This document shows positions 38,544 through 47,622 of a DNA stretch of 64,000 bases, in pieces; position 1 is the stretch's first letter; every line of letters begins with the position of its first letter. Position numbers and translations under genes: made by a program. A model generated the notes under the pieces. That model ran no database searches and was not told the DNA's origin. It saw nothing but the letters and a program-made list of their open reading frames with translations. Source of the DNA: Deltaproteobacteria bacterium (GTDB taxonomy: Bacteria > Desulfobacterota > Desulfuromonadia > Geobacterales > Pseudopelobacteraceae). The stretch covers positions 13,877-77,876 of the forward strand of contig JAJXWO010000011.1 of NCBI GenBank assembly GCA_021781535.1, read 5' to 3'.

Positions 38544-39725
38544 ATGAATATTCAGGGGTTTTTATTTTCCACTGCTGAAGCAGGAATAAAAAAAACTGGC
38601 CGTAAAGACCTGGGGCTTATATATTCCGAAGTTCCCGCCGCCGCTGTTGCAGTTTTTACCACCAGCACCGTCAAAGCGGCCCCGGTGCTGGTGTCACGTG
38701 AACATATTGAGGGCGGATTTGCCCAGGCGCTGATCGTTAATAGCGGCAATGCCAATGCCTGCACCGGCGAACCGGGAATGATTGTTGCCCGAGAAACTTC
38801 GCGCCTGGTTGCAAATGGTCTCGGCATTGATACTACGGCGGTCCAGGTTTGCTCAACAGGGGTAATTGGCGTACAGATGCCGCTGGAAAAAATCCGGAAC
38901 GCCATACCGGTGCTTGTTGAAGGTCTCAATTCCGGTACGCTTGACGACATTGCCCAAGCCATCATGACCACCGATACTTTTCCAAAGATGGAAGCACGCA
39001 GCGGCCAGGCGGGTGAAGCCAGTTACACTGTAGCTGGCATTGCCAAGGGGGCCGGCATGATTATGCCGAATATGGCCACCATGCTGTCTTTTATTATGAC
39101 CGACGCCAACGTAGAACCGACGTTTTTGCAGCAGGCTTTTCGACACGCGGTTGACTGCTCTTTCAATGCCATCACCGTCGATGGCGACATGTCAACCAAT
39201 GATACGTGTTTGATTATGGCTAACGGAATGTCAGGAAACCCTCCCATCACTGCTGGATCACCCGAAGGAAACTCCTTTGCTATAATCTTGAATGAAGTTT
39301 TACTTTCATTGGCAAAACAGATCGTAAAAGATGGCGAAGGCGCAACAAAGTTTGTTGAAATACGGATCAACGGCGCTAAAAATGATTTCGATGCAAAACG
39401 GGCTGCTATGGCAATTGCCAACTCCAGTTTGGTCAAAACAGCATTCTTTGGTCAAGATGCCAACTGGGGGCGAATATTTGCTGCTGTCGGATATTCCGGA
39501 GCTGAGGTTGATCAATCATTGCTATCACTGCATTTTGATGATGTTTGTATGGCCAGAAATGGCATTTTTGCCGGTGAAGATGCCGAAGCGCGCGGTACTG
39601 AGGTTCTGAAACAAAAAGAGTTTACCGTTTCGATAGACCTTGGTATTGGGAGTGGAACTGCCACCGTGTACACTTCAGATCTAACCCACGAATACATTAG
39701 CATTAACGCTGACTATAGATCCTGA
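38544..39725 (+). CDS. argJ: bifunctional ornithine acetyltransferase / N-acetylglutamate synthase
   Basis: 393 aa. It contains the autoprocessing site context PNMATMLSFIMTDA and the C-terminus YISINADYRS, which is typical of ArgJ. Confidence 0.95.
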   Translation: MNIQGFLFSTAEAGIKKTGRKDLGLIYSEVPAAAVAVFTTSTVKAAPVLVSREHIEGGFAQALIVNSGNANACTGEPGMIVARETSRLVANGLGIDTTAVQVCSTGVIGVQMPLEKIRNAIPVLVEGLNSGTLDDIAQAIMTTDTFPKMEARSGQAGEASYTVAGIAKGAGMIMPNMATMLSFIMTDANVEPTFLQQAFRHAVDCSFNAITVDGDMSTNDTCLIMANGMSGNPPITAGSPEGNSFAIILNEVLLSLAKQIVKDGEGATKFVEIRINGAKNDFDAKRAAMAIANSSLVKTAFFGQDANWGRIFAAVGYSGAEVDQSLLSLHFDDVCMARNGIFAGEDAEARGTEVLKQKEFTVSIDLGIGSGTATVYTSDLTHEYISINADYRS

Positions 39726-39893
39726 AATGCTCCGAAATTTTCCACACGAGAGCGCCTGCATACAGAGTATGTTTTTAAAATTTTTTATCGTTGCATATAT
39801 TTTACCGCAGTCCGTGACAGTCTCCGTTTTTTGAGTTCCGCGTATTGCTGTCGAGACAACTAAAGACATGAAATCCCTAGAAACGCTAATACC

Positions 39894-39922
39894 TTGACAC
39901 GATATAGCGCCTGTGTTAGTTT
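39894..39922 (+). promoter_or_regulatory. candidate sigma-70 promoter for the REC-domain gene
   Basis: TTGACA (39894-39899), a 17-nt spacer, then TAGTTT (39917-39922). This is a sequence match only. Confidence 0.25.
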
Positions 39923-39970
39923 TTTTCGATACAAGTATTCTTGCGTAACCATTCAGCAAGGGAGGGATCG

Positions 39971-41095
39971 ATGAGCATTAAAGTGCTGGTCGCCGATGAC
40001 AGTATCACCATTCAGAAAGTAATCGGAATCATTTTCGGAGGAGACGAATATTCCTTAACGATTGTTGATAACGGCAAAACAGCTGTCGATAAGGCACGCG
40101 AAATCAATCCGGATATCTTGCTGATTGATGCCCTTATGCCTGGCATGACCGGTTATGAAGTAGCTGAAGAAATTCGTGCGACGCCGTCGCTGGCTTATAA
40201 ACCTATTTTGATTCTAACCGGATCATTTGAACCATTTGACGAGGAGAAGGCAAAAAAAAGCGGTGCGGATGATTTTATTTCCAAACCGTTTGAGTCGCAG
40301 CAGATTATCACCAAGGTAAAAGAGCTGCTGGAACTTGGAAACTCACGAGCACAGAATAGTCAGTTTTTACAACCAGAACCAACCTCTGAAATAGTTCGTG
40401 AACACCCTCCTGAAATTGCAGTTCCCATCATTGATACCCCGGCCCCACCCTCTGTTAAACAACCTGAAATTTTACAACAGGCCGCGCCGGATGATATCTG
40501 GGGAGCCTTTACACCAGATGCAGAACAGCCGGTAAAATCGACAGAGATTCCAACCGATGCGGCTCTCTCTGCAGCGACAGCCGCCCCCGATGTATTTGCA
40601 ATTGTCACAGAAGAGAATGATGCACAAATAGTTCTGGCTTCAACAGCTGATATTGCACCACCAAATCACACCGGTTCACAATGGATTCCGGTTGAAGAAA
40701 ATACGTTTGAGTTTGAAGAAGAAGTGATTTCAAACCCGCCTCAAACAACTTTAACTGAACAATCAATCCTGGTTCCTGAAACGTCACGCGGAGAAATAGC
40801 TTTTGAGGACGAAGTACCTACTCCGCCAGCTCCGTCATTTTCAGCACTTCCTGCGCCGGACCCTTCCGAATTCACTTCCTTCTCCCGTACATTTGAACCT
40901 ACGCCCGGGATAGAATCGGAATCAATGACAACAGGAACGACATCCCCTCACGTAACTCTCACAGAGGAGCAATTAAAGGCTGCTCTTTCAAGCGTAGCAA
41001 AAGACGTCATCGAGCGAATTGTCTGGGAAGTTGTACCTGATTTGGCCGAAGTTCTGATCCGCGAGGCAATCAGCAAGATCAAAAAAGGGCTCTAG
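39971..41095 (+). CDS. response-regulator receiver protein with a long P/E/T/S-rich linker and a short conserved-looking C-terminal helix
   Basis: The ATG at 39971 follows GGGAGG. The REC domain residues are in place: DD (VLVADDS), the phospho-Asp context LLIDALMPG, LILTGS and ISKPF. About 210 aa of low-complexity sequence follow, and the protein ends IERIVWEVVPDLAEVLIREAISKIKKGL. Confidence 0.75.
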   Translation: MSIKVLVADDSITIQKVIGIIFGGDEYSLTIVDNGKTAVDKAREINPDILLIDALMPGMTGYEVAEEIRATPSLAYKPILILTGSFEPFDEEKAKKSGADDFISKPFESQQIITKVKELLELGNSRAQNSQFLQPEPTSEIVREHPPEIAVPIIDTPAPPSVKQPEILQQAAPDDIWGAFTPDAEQPVKSTEIPTDAALSAATAAPDVFAIVTEENDAQIVLASTADIAPPNHTGSQWIPVEENTFEFEEEVISNPPQTTLTEQSILVPETSRGEIAFEDEVPTPPAPSFSALPAPDPSEFTSFSRTFEPTPGIESESMTTGTTSPHVTLTEEQLKAALSSVAKDVIERIVWEVVPDLAEVLIREAISKIKKGL

Positions 41096-41123
41096 TTTCT
41101 CCTAAGATTACATAACAGCCGTA

Positions 41124-41148
41124 AGGGGATGGCAACATCCCCTTTTTT
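41124..41148 (+). terminator. intrinsic terminator between the REC gene and trpD
   Basis: Stem AGGGGATG-gcaa-CATCCCCT followed by a T6 run. It ends 17 nt before the trpD GTG. Confidence 0.75.
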
Positions 41149-41165
41149 CGTATGGAGGTAGGGAA

Positions 41166-42221
41166 GTGATAAAAAAAGCCATAGCCAAGATCGTCGAACG
41201 CGAAAATCTGACTGAAGAAGAGATAATCGAGGTCATGAATCAGATTATGTCCGGTGAGTGCACTACGGCACAGATCGGAGCTTTTATCACCGCCCTGCGT
41301 ATGAAGGGAGAAACCATCGAAGAGATCACCGGCGCGGCACGCGTTATGCGTGAATATGCCACACCGATTCGAGTCGGCAGAGGAGTGCTTGATATTGACC
41401 GGGATGATATCAACATTGACCGGGAGACCATCTTGGATGTGGTCGGCACCGGCGGCGACGGCACTAACACCTTCAATATTTCCACCACCGTTTCATTCGT
41501 TGTCTCCGCATGCGGCGTAAAGGTTGCAAAACACGGTAACCGTTCGGTTTCCTCCGTCTGCGGCAGTGCCGACGTGTTGGAGAAGCTGGGCATTAACCTG
41601 GAAATAACTCCCGATCTGGTAGAAAGCTGTATTGATAAGATTGGCATCGGGTTCCTCTTTGCCCCTGCCCTGCACGGTGCCATGAAACATGCCATTGGAC
41701 CACGTCGCGAAATCGGCATCCGCACCATCTTTAATATTCTCGGGCCATTAACCAACCCGGCAGGAGCAGACTGTCAGGTTATGGGTGTCTACCGTGCCGA
41801 CCTGGTGGAAAAGCTGGCAGGAGTGCTTCACAAACTGGGGTGCCGCCACGGCTTCGTAGTATATGGATCAGACGGCATGGATGAGATAACTCTGACCGGA
41901 GAAACATTGGTGGCCGAGGTCACCCCGAAAGGCATCAAAACGTTAACCGTCACCCCGGAGCAGCTTGGCCTGTCCCGTTGCTCGATGGAAGTGCTCAAAG
42001 GAGGCAATGCCGACACCAATGCCACAATTGTGAAGGCAGTGTTGGCCGGAGAACAGGGCCCTCGGAGAGATATCGTTCTGTTAAACGCTGCCTATGCTCT
42101 GGTAGCCGCCGGAAAAGCTGCCACACCGAAGGAAGGTCTTACACAGGCCGCCGAAGCTATAGACTCAGGGCGGGCCCTGCAACAGTTGGAAAAATTGGCG
42201 GCACTGACCAACCGGTGTTAA
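41166..42221 (+). CDS. trpD: anthranilate phosphoribosyltransferase
   Basis: 351 aa with a GTG start preceded by GGAGG. The motifs [16 protein letters not shown] and KHGNRSVSS are present. Confidence 0.9.
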   Translation: MIKKAIAKIVERENLTEEEIIEVMNQIMSGECTTAQIGAFITALRMKGETIEEITGAARVMREYATPIRVGRGVLDIDRDDINIDRETILDVVGTGGDGTNTFNISTTVSFVVSACGVKVAKHGNRSVSSVCGSADVLEKLGINLEITPDLVESCIDKIGIGFLFAPALHGAMKHAIGPRREIGIRTIFNILGPLTNPAGADCQVMGVYRADLVEKLAGVLHKLGCRHGFVVYGSDGMDEITLTGETLVAEVTPKGIKTLTVTPEQLGLSRCSMEVLKGGNADTNATIVKAVLAGEQGPRRDIVLLNAAYALVAAGKAATPKEGLTQAAEAIDSGRALQQLEKLAALTNRC

Positions 42222-42272
42222 CTCTTACCCGCATTTACAACCTGCTAAGCAAACAGAACGGAATAATTTCTC

Positions 42273-43079
42273 ATGGCCACAGACATACCTGATATTCTAA
42301 AAAAAATCGTTATCCACAAGCGGGAAGAAGTGGCCGCTGCCAAGGTAAACATATCGATTACTGAGCTAAAAACGCGCATAGGCGATCTGGAAGACGTGCC
42401 CCGCGGCTTTGAGCGTCATCTACGGGAAGCGGCGGCTTCGGATTGGATAGCCATCATTGCCGAAGTCAAAAGGGGGTCTCCAAGCAAAGGGATCATCCGC
42501 GAAAATTTTGACCCTCTGGAAATAGCCGGGATCTACCAGGATAACGGAGCTACCTGCCTTTCGGTCTTGACCGATGAACAATTTTTTTTCGGCCATCTAC
42601 GCTACATGGCCCTGATCCGTGAAATGGTATCACTGCCGCTTTTGCGTAAAGATTTTATCTGTGATCCATACCAGATCTTTGAGGCTCGCGCCGCCGGCGC
42701 CGACGCAATCCTGCTGATTGCCTCCATACTTGATTTGAATACATTACGCGAGTTTTACAGCGTTGCGAAAGAGATTCACCTTGATGTGCTGCTGGAGGTA
42801 CATGATGAAACTGAGATGGAAATGGCACTTCAGACCGACTGCACTCTAATCGGTGTTAACAACAGAAACTTGCGGACGTTTGTTACTGATCTGAACACCA
42901 CAGGGAGACTGGCACGTATGGTGCCGTCAGAATACCTGCTTGTAGCTGAAAGCGGAATTCACAATAGCGATGATATCACCCGGCTACAGGCCGACGGAGC
43001 CAAAGCTTTTTTGATCGGTGAAGCAATGATAAGGGAAAATGACATAGGTGCAAAACTGCGCGAACTGCTACACATCTGA
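42273..43079 (+). CDS. trpC: indole-3-glycerol phosphate synthase
   Basis: 268 aa with the motifs IAEVKRGSPSKG, LRKDFI and IGVNNRNLRTF. Confidence 0.9.
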   Translation: MATDIPDILKKIVIHKREEVAAAKVNISITELKTRIGDLEDVPRGFERHLREAAASDWIAIIAEVKRGSPSKGIIRENFDPLEIAGIYQDNGATCLSVLTDEQFFFGHLRYMALIREMVSLPLLRKDFICDPYQIFEARAAGADAILLIASILDLNTLREFYSVAKEIHLDVLLEVHDETEMEMALQTDCTLIGVNNRNLRTFVTDLNTTGRLARMVPSEYLLVAESGIHNSDDITRLQADGAKAFLIGEAMIRENDIGAKLRELLHI

Positions 43080-43099
43080 TACTCCGGAAGAGGTGACAA

Positions 43100-43330
43100 A
43101 TGGCCAAAAAACAGGGAATCGGCATGGCAATAATTGCCTTTGCAGTATACATAATTGGCGGCATAAGCACATTCGGTGGACTTGCCTTGATTTTTTTTAT
43201 GAAAAACAAAGATCTCTTGGGATGGGGAGAAGGAAGAGCAATTGGCTATTTGTTTTTTTGCGTAGGCCTGTGTCTCTCGATCATGGGGGTTCTTTTGATG
43301 AGATTATTCAGAAATCGCGGGCTTACCTGA
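43100..43330 (+). CDS. small hypothetical membrane protein (two predicted TM helices)
   Basis: 76 aa. The ATG is preceded by GGAAGAGG, 20 nt after the trpC stop. It has two hydrophobic stretches and I recognise no family. Confidence 0.5.
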   Translation: MAKKQGIGMAIIAFAVYIIGGISTFGGLALIFFMKNKDLLGWGEGRAIGYLFFCVGLCLSIMGVLLMRLFRNRGLT

Positions 43331-43337
43331 GCCCGCG
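43316..43337. terminator. GC-rich hairpin between convergent genes (weak terminator candidate)
   Basis: CGCGGGCT-tacctg-AGCCCGCG, an 8-bp stem overlapping the small ORF's stop. There is no clear U-run on either strand. Confidence 0.3.
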
Positions 43338-43361
43338 CACTCCCGTCAAGCAACGTCACAT

Positions 43362-44723
43362 TTATCTCCGTACATCAATCCCATAACTTTTAATTTTACG
43401 ATGTAGATTGCTACGTTCCAGTTCAATCAATTCGGCAGTACGGGAAATATTCCAGTCGTTCTCCTCGAGCTTCTGAATAATAAATTCCCGTTCAAAATCT
43501 TCCCGCGCATCACGGAGGGCCGATCGGGCATGCACAGGAGCATGGCCTGGCCCGATTAAGATTTCACCCGATAAGTCGGGAATATCCTCAGCTGAAATAA
43601 CTCGCCCAGAAGCAACGATCAGTATACGTTCGACCACATTTTTCAATTCACGCAGATTGCCAGGCCACGAATAGCGCTGCAGCTTGTCAAGCGCCCCCGG
43701 TAGAAACGCCTTTGCTTCCCCACCTTCACGGCGAAAGAAATGAGTAACGAAATGCTGAACAAGCGGTCCGATATCCTCCGGACGTTCACGCAATGATGGT
43801 GCTCGAAATGGTATGGTACTCAATTGATAATAAAGATCAGTGCTGAACTTCCCAGAAACCATATCCTGTTCAAGAGATCGTGTAGTAGAAGCGATTATTC
43901 GAATATCAGCAGTAAGGCGGCGGATTCCTCCGACTCGTTCAAAGCTTTGGTCTTGAATAAAACGAAGAACTTTTAATTGGGTGTTGAGTGGTAATTCGCT
44001 TATTTCATCCAGGAGCAACGTACCGCCATCAGCCTGATCAAAGCGACCTTTTTTATGTGACGTGGCACCGACGAAGGCACTTTTTTCGTGGCCAAACAGC
44101 TCACTCTCGATCAGTTCAGCCGGAATAGCAGAACAGTGTACGACAATGAAAGGTCGTTCCCGTCGCGGGCTATTGCAATGAATCGAGCATGCGATCATTT
44201 CTTTTCCAGAACCGTTCTCACCACTTATCAGTACAGATGTTGAAACTGAAGCTACACGTCGAATCTGTTCCCGCATGGAAACAATTATCGGAGAATCACC
44301 TATAAGTTCATATTCAATAGAAGCTGAGCGTTTGAGCTCCGCATTTTCTACTTTCAGTTTTTGCAACTGTAGTGCATTAGCAACGCTGATCAGGACTTTC
44401 TCGAGCGAAAGCGGCTTTTCAATAAAATCAAAAGCACCCAGTTTGGTGGCACGAACCGCTGTTTCAATCGTTCCGTGCCCGGAAATCATGATAACTGTAA
44501 TCTGAGGAAGTTGCCCTTTAAGTTTTTCAAGTGTTTCCAAACCATCCATGCCGGGCATCCAGATATCGAGCAGAACCAGGTCTGGAAGCTCCTGTCGAGC
44601 ACATTCAATACCTTCAGCACCGCTTTCCGCAGTCAGAACCTGATAACCTTCATCCTCAAGAATTCCGGTCAACGCTGTTCTGATATCTTTTTCATCATCA
44701 ATTATCAAAATTGAATGCTGCAT
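43362..44723 (-). CDS. sigma-54-dependent response regulator (NtrC/NtrX family: REC + AAA+ + HTH)
   Basis: 453 aa. It has a REC domain (IIDDE...LLDIWMPGMDG), Walker A GENGSGKE, Walker B LLLDEI, sensor II GNLRELKN and a C-terminal Fis-type HTH. The GAFTGA loop reads SAFVGA. Confidence 0.9.
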   Translation of the reverse strand: MQHSILIIDDEKDIRTALTGILEDEGYQVLTAESGAEGIECARQELPDLVLLDIWMPGMDGLETLEKLKGQLPQITVIMISGHGTIETAVRATKLGAFDFIEKPLSLEKVLISVANALQLQKLKVENAELKRSASIEYELIGDSPIIVSMREQIRRVASVSTSVLISGENGSGKEMIACSIHCNSPRRERPFIVVHCSAIPAELIESELFGHEKSAFVGATSHKKGRFDQADGGTLLLDEISELPLNTQLKVLRFIQDQSFERVGGIRRLTADIRIIASTTRSLEQDMVSGKFSTDLYYQLSTIPFRAPSLRERPEDIGPLVQHFVTHFFRREGGEAKAFLPGALDKLQRYSWPGNLRELKNVVERILIVASGRVISAEDIPDLSGEILIGPGHAPVHARSALRDAREDFEREFIIQKLEENDWNISRTAELIELERSNLHRKIKSYGIDVRR

Positions 44724-44746
44724 ATTTACTCCTCGTGCTAATATTT

Positions 44747-46984
44747 TTATCCAGCCGGCAACTCGACAACAAATACGGCTCCGTGCGGTATATTGTCACG
44801 TATTCGTACAAAACCGCCATGGTCAGTCACAATGCTGCTCACTATGGCTAAGCCAAGACCCGTGCCACTCTTCTTGGTTGAGAAATATGGTTCAAACAAG
44901 CGTGACTTGTCTTCCGTTGGAATTCCCGGTCCATCATCAGAAATACTGATAACTGCCATTTTCAAGACATTATCAAAAGATGTCGACAGGGTAACAGTGC
45001 CATGTTCCTCCATGGCGGCTACCGCATTTTCAAGAATATTGATAAGCACCCGCTTAATCTGGTCGCGATCAATCATGAGAAGCGGCATTCTGGCATCTGT
45101 TGAGATGACAAATTTAACACCTCGATGTGCCTCCTGATAAAGTGTCAACGACTCACGAATCAACATATTGAGATTATTTGGTTCAGGTTGAATAGCAGGC
45201 ATACGGGCAAAATTTGAAAACTCGTTAACAAGCGTTTTTAAATCATCGACCGATTTAATTATCATTTCGGTACATTCGTCAAAGACTTTTTCATCGTCGC
45301 TAAAGCGGGAAAGATAGCGTTTTCTGAGGCGTTGGGCAGAGAGTTGAATCGGGGTCAACGGATTTTTTATTTCATGGGCTATTCTACGAGCAACCTCACG
45401 CCAGGCTGCCATACGTTGAGCTCGCATCATCTGTGTTAGATCATCAAGAACGGCTACCATTCCAACAATTTCGCCATTTCCGGCACGTAGCAACGTCAAA
45501 TGCAACTGAAGAGCAAGACGAGAGCCATTCAGGTCAAGAAAAATCTGTTTGCTGATTGTTCCCTGCTTCGACTGTAACAATTCCCGGATAGATTCCGAAG
45601 CTATTTCAAGGTGTTTATCTGAGACAACCTCGCGGTAATTTTTCCCCAGGACATTCGCAGCGCTTAAACCAAGCAGGCGCTCGGCAGATGTATTAATTGT
45701 ACGCAGCACCCCCTCGCTGTCTATTGAAATCACACCGGCAGCAATATTACGCAGTACAATTTCCATATACTGCTGACGACGTTCAATCTCCTGGTTACTG
45801 CGAAGTAGTTCTACATTAGAGACATTCAGCGCATTTTGTTTCGTACATAAATCCTCGGTCATGAGATTGAATGACTGAACCAGCATTCCAATTTCATCCG
45901 CTGAATAGGACTCTATCCTGACATCAAGATTGCCACCCGCTACGGCATGTGTTGCATCTACCAGCTCCTGAAGCGGTTTCGTCATACTGTTTGCCAGATA
46001 GACACCCATCCAGTAGGCAAAAAACACAATCACCATTGCAATTAAAAAAAGTGTAACAATATACGCTGTCCGGATCGGATTTTTCAGGATTTTTAGCTGG
46101 CGAAATTCATGGTATGAAGAGGTAATTTCTTTCATTTTGTTCACAAGCGAATACGGCACATAATAATTAACAACTACGACTCCAACAATATCCGACTCAT
46201 TCCAGGTTGAGCGAATCGGCACAATTCCCCGTATTAAATCGGCTTTTCCAGCCTGGTTTACCCTGGTCAGTGTCTCACCTGCCAGCCCGCGCTTGATATC
46301 TTCTGAAGATGGATTTGTAAACTCACCTTTCGGAACAGCCGGATTCGAAGCACGGACCAGTTCCTCACGCTGTGCTGAGTAAACCTCAACTACCCCCAGA
46401 TTATATTCATTCTGTTTCTGATGAATAAGCTGTTTGAGCTGAGGAAGATTTGCATCATTCAGCAATTTTCTATCTTTAATAAAGCGGCTGATCTGCTTAC
46501 CGTAATACATCGAATTTAGAGCTGAACTTTTATAGTAGGTCTGCGCTACTTCAAGCGACTCACTTAATGAAGTTTCAACCTGAGTATTAAACCAATTATG
46601 AACCGTATTATTTATAAAACCGGCAGCGGCAAAAAAAAGCAGAAGGGTTGGGACAAGTGACAGGGCAACAAATGAAAGGACAAGTTTTGTTCGAAGCTTT
46701 TTTGCAAATGGATTTGTACGACTTTCTACAAAGAGTTTCACGACATTGCGGCTGACCAGATACACCAGCAAAATAACCAGAAGAATAACAATATTGATTA
46801 CAGCAAAAATAGCAATATTGCTCCCCAGCTTGGCGTCTGCACTCAACTGGGTCAGATTAATTTCAGTCTTGGTCAGAAAAGCAATTAATACTATTGCAAA
46901 AACGATAACAAGCGCTTCGCGAAACCTTTTTCTCCGCTCTTCCGGTGAAACACTGGGATCCATACGATCGAAATTCCTTTCCAT
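44747..46984 (-). CDS. sensor histidine kinase, NtrY-like (TM + HAMP + PAS + HisKA + HATPase_c)
   Basis: 745 aa with N-terminal TM helices, a HAMP-like segment and a PAS-like region. It has the H-box AHEIKNPLTPIQLSAQRL and the G-boxes DDGPGI / GTGLGLAIV. Confidence 0.85.
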   Translation of the reverse strand: MERNFDRMDPSVSPEERRKRFREALVIVFAIVLIAFLTKTEINLTQLSADAKLGSNIAIFAVINIVILLVILLVYLVSRNVVKLFVESRTNPFAKKLRTKLVLSFVALSLVPTLLLFFAAAGFINNTVHNWFNTQVETSLSESLEVAQTYYKSSALNSMYYGKQISRFIKDRKLLNDANLPQLKQLIHQKQNEYNLGVVEVYSAQREELVRASNPAVPKGEFTNPSSEDIKRGLAGETLTRVNQAGKADLIRGIVPIRSTWNESDIVGVVVVNYYVPYSLVNKMKEITSSYHEFRQLKILKNPIRTAYIVTLFLIAMVIVFFAYWMGVYLANSMTKPLQELVDATHAVAGGNLDVRIESYSADEIGMLVQSFNLMTEDLCTKQNALNVSNVELLRSNQEIERRQQYMEIVLRNIAAGVISIDSEGVLRTINTSAERLLGLSAANVLGKNYREVVSDKHLEIASESIRELLQSKQGTISKQIFLDLNGSRLALQLHLTLLRAGNGEIVGMVAVLDDLTQMMRAQRMAAWREVARRIAHEIKNPLTPIQLSAQRLRKRYLSRFSDDEKVFDECTEMIIKSVDDLKTLVNEFSNFARMPAIQPEPNNLNMLIRESLTLYQEAHRGVKFVISTDARMPLLMIDRDQIKRVLINILENAVAAMEEHGTVTLSTSFDNVLKMAVISISDDGPGIPTEDKSRLFEPYFSTKKSGTGLGLAIVSSIVTDHGGFVRIRDNIPHGAVFVVELPAG

Positions 46985-47117
46985 AAGTCAACGTGATGAA
47001 TTCTAGCACAAGTGAATCATGGTTTAAACTCATTGTTGCGTTTTTGCATCAATTGCTGATTGCATTCAAGTATGATACTGTTCACAATAAGTGGAAATAG
47101 CTGATTGGAGTGAAACC

Positions 47118-47564
47118 ATGCGCATCCAGGACTCATCGTCAGTAAGAGAACTTGATAAGAATAAAAAAAGTTCTTCACCAGTAAAAAAACTAATGAATTC
47201 ATTCTTTGCAAATGAATTGAGCCAGCATGAGGAGGAAATATCATCGTATCAGGATGAAGTTGAAAACCTCAGAGCAGACATTGAGAAAACAGGAAATCTC
47301 CTGACTACTGAACCAACGCTCGCAAACTTTAAGCATTTTCGTGATCTGTTGAGTAAAATCGCAAAAAAAGTGACTAATGAAGCATACCGCCTGGACAAAA
47401 CGGGAGGGACACCTCAGAATCCGCGCTGTTACGAAATAATCACCGTGATTAATCGGGAAGCTGATAATCTTTACAATCTTATTATCAAAGAAAATCGAGA
47501 TCCCATGGCCATCACGGCAAAAGTAATCGGCATCAAAGGACTGGTAGTCGATTTGGTTACCTGA
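47118..47564 (+). CDS. DUF327 (YaaR-like) family protein
   Basis: 148 aa from the ATG at 47118 (SD GGAG). Its size and C-terminal pattern (EAY.L.........YEII..IN.EAD.LY) resemble my recollection of the YaaR/DUF327 family. This was not verified. Confidence 0.6.
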   Translation: MRIQDSSSVRELDKNKKSSSPVKKLMNSFFANELSQHEEEISSYQDEVENLRADIEKTGNLLTTEPTLANFKHFRDLLSKIAKKVTNEAYRLDKTGGTPQNPRCYEIITVINREADNLYNLIIKENRDPMAITAKVIGIKGLVVDLVT

Positions 47565-47622
47565 ACCAAAAAAATTCCATTGGAATGCACATAGATTACA
47601 TATTGAAACAAAAGGAATAAAA

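Noticed and set aside
39681-39959. A 92-aa minus-strand ORF spanning the argJ-REC intergenic region.
   Set aside because: It overlaps the argJ 3' end and the likely promoter of the REC gene. It has no SD sequence and no recognisable domain.
41152-41169. A mini-ORF, ATG GAG GTA GGG AAG TGA (MEVGK), overlapping the trpD start, considered as an attenuation leader peptide.
   Set aside because: It contains no Trp codons and lies downstream of the terminator rather than upstream. It is most likely coincidental with the SD region.
46985-47117. A search for a sigma-54 -24/-12 promoter in the NtrY / DUF327 divergent region, which contains three TTGC(A/T) repeats (TTGCATcaaTTGCTGaTTGCAT).
   Set aside because: No GG dinucleotide sits at the required 10-nt distance upstream of any of the TTGC elements on either strand.
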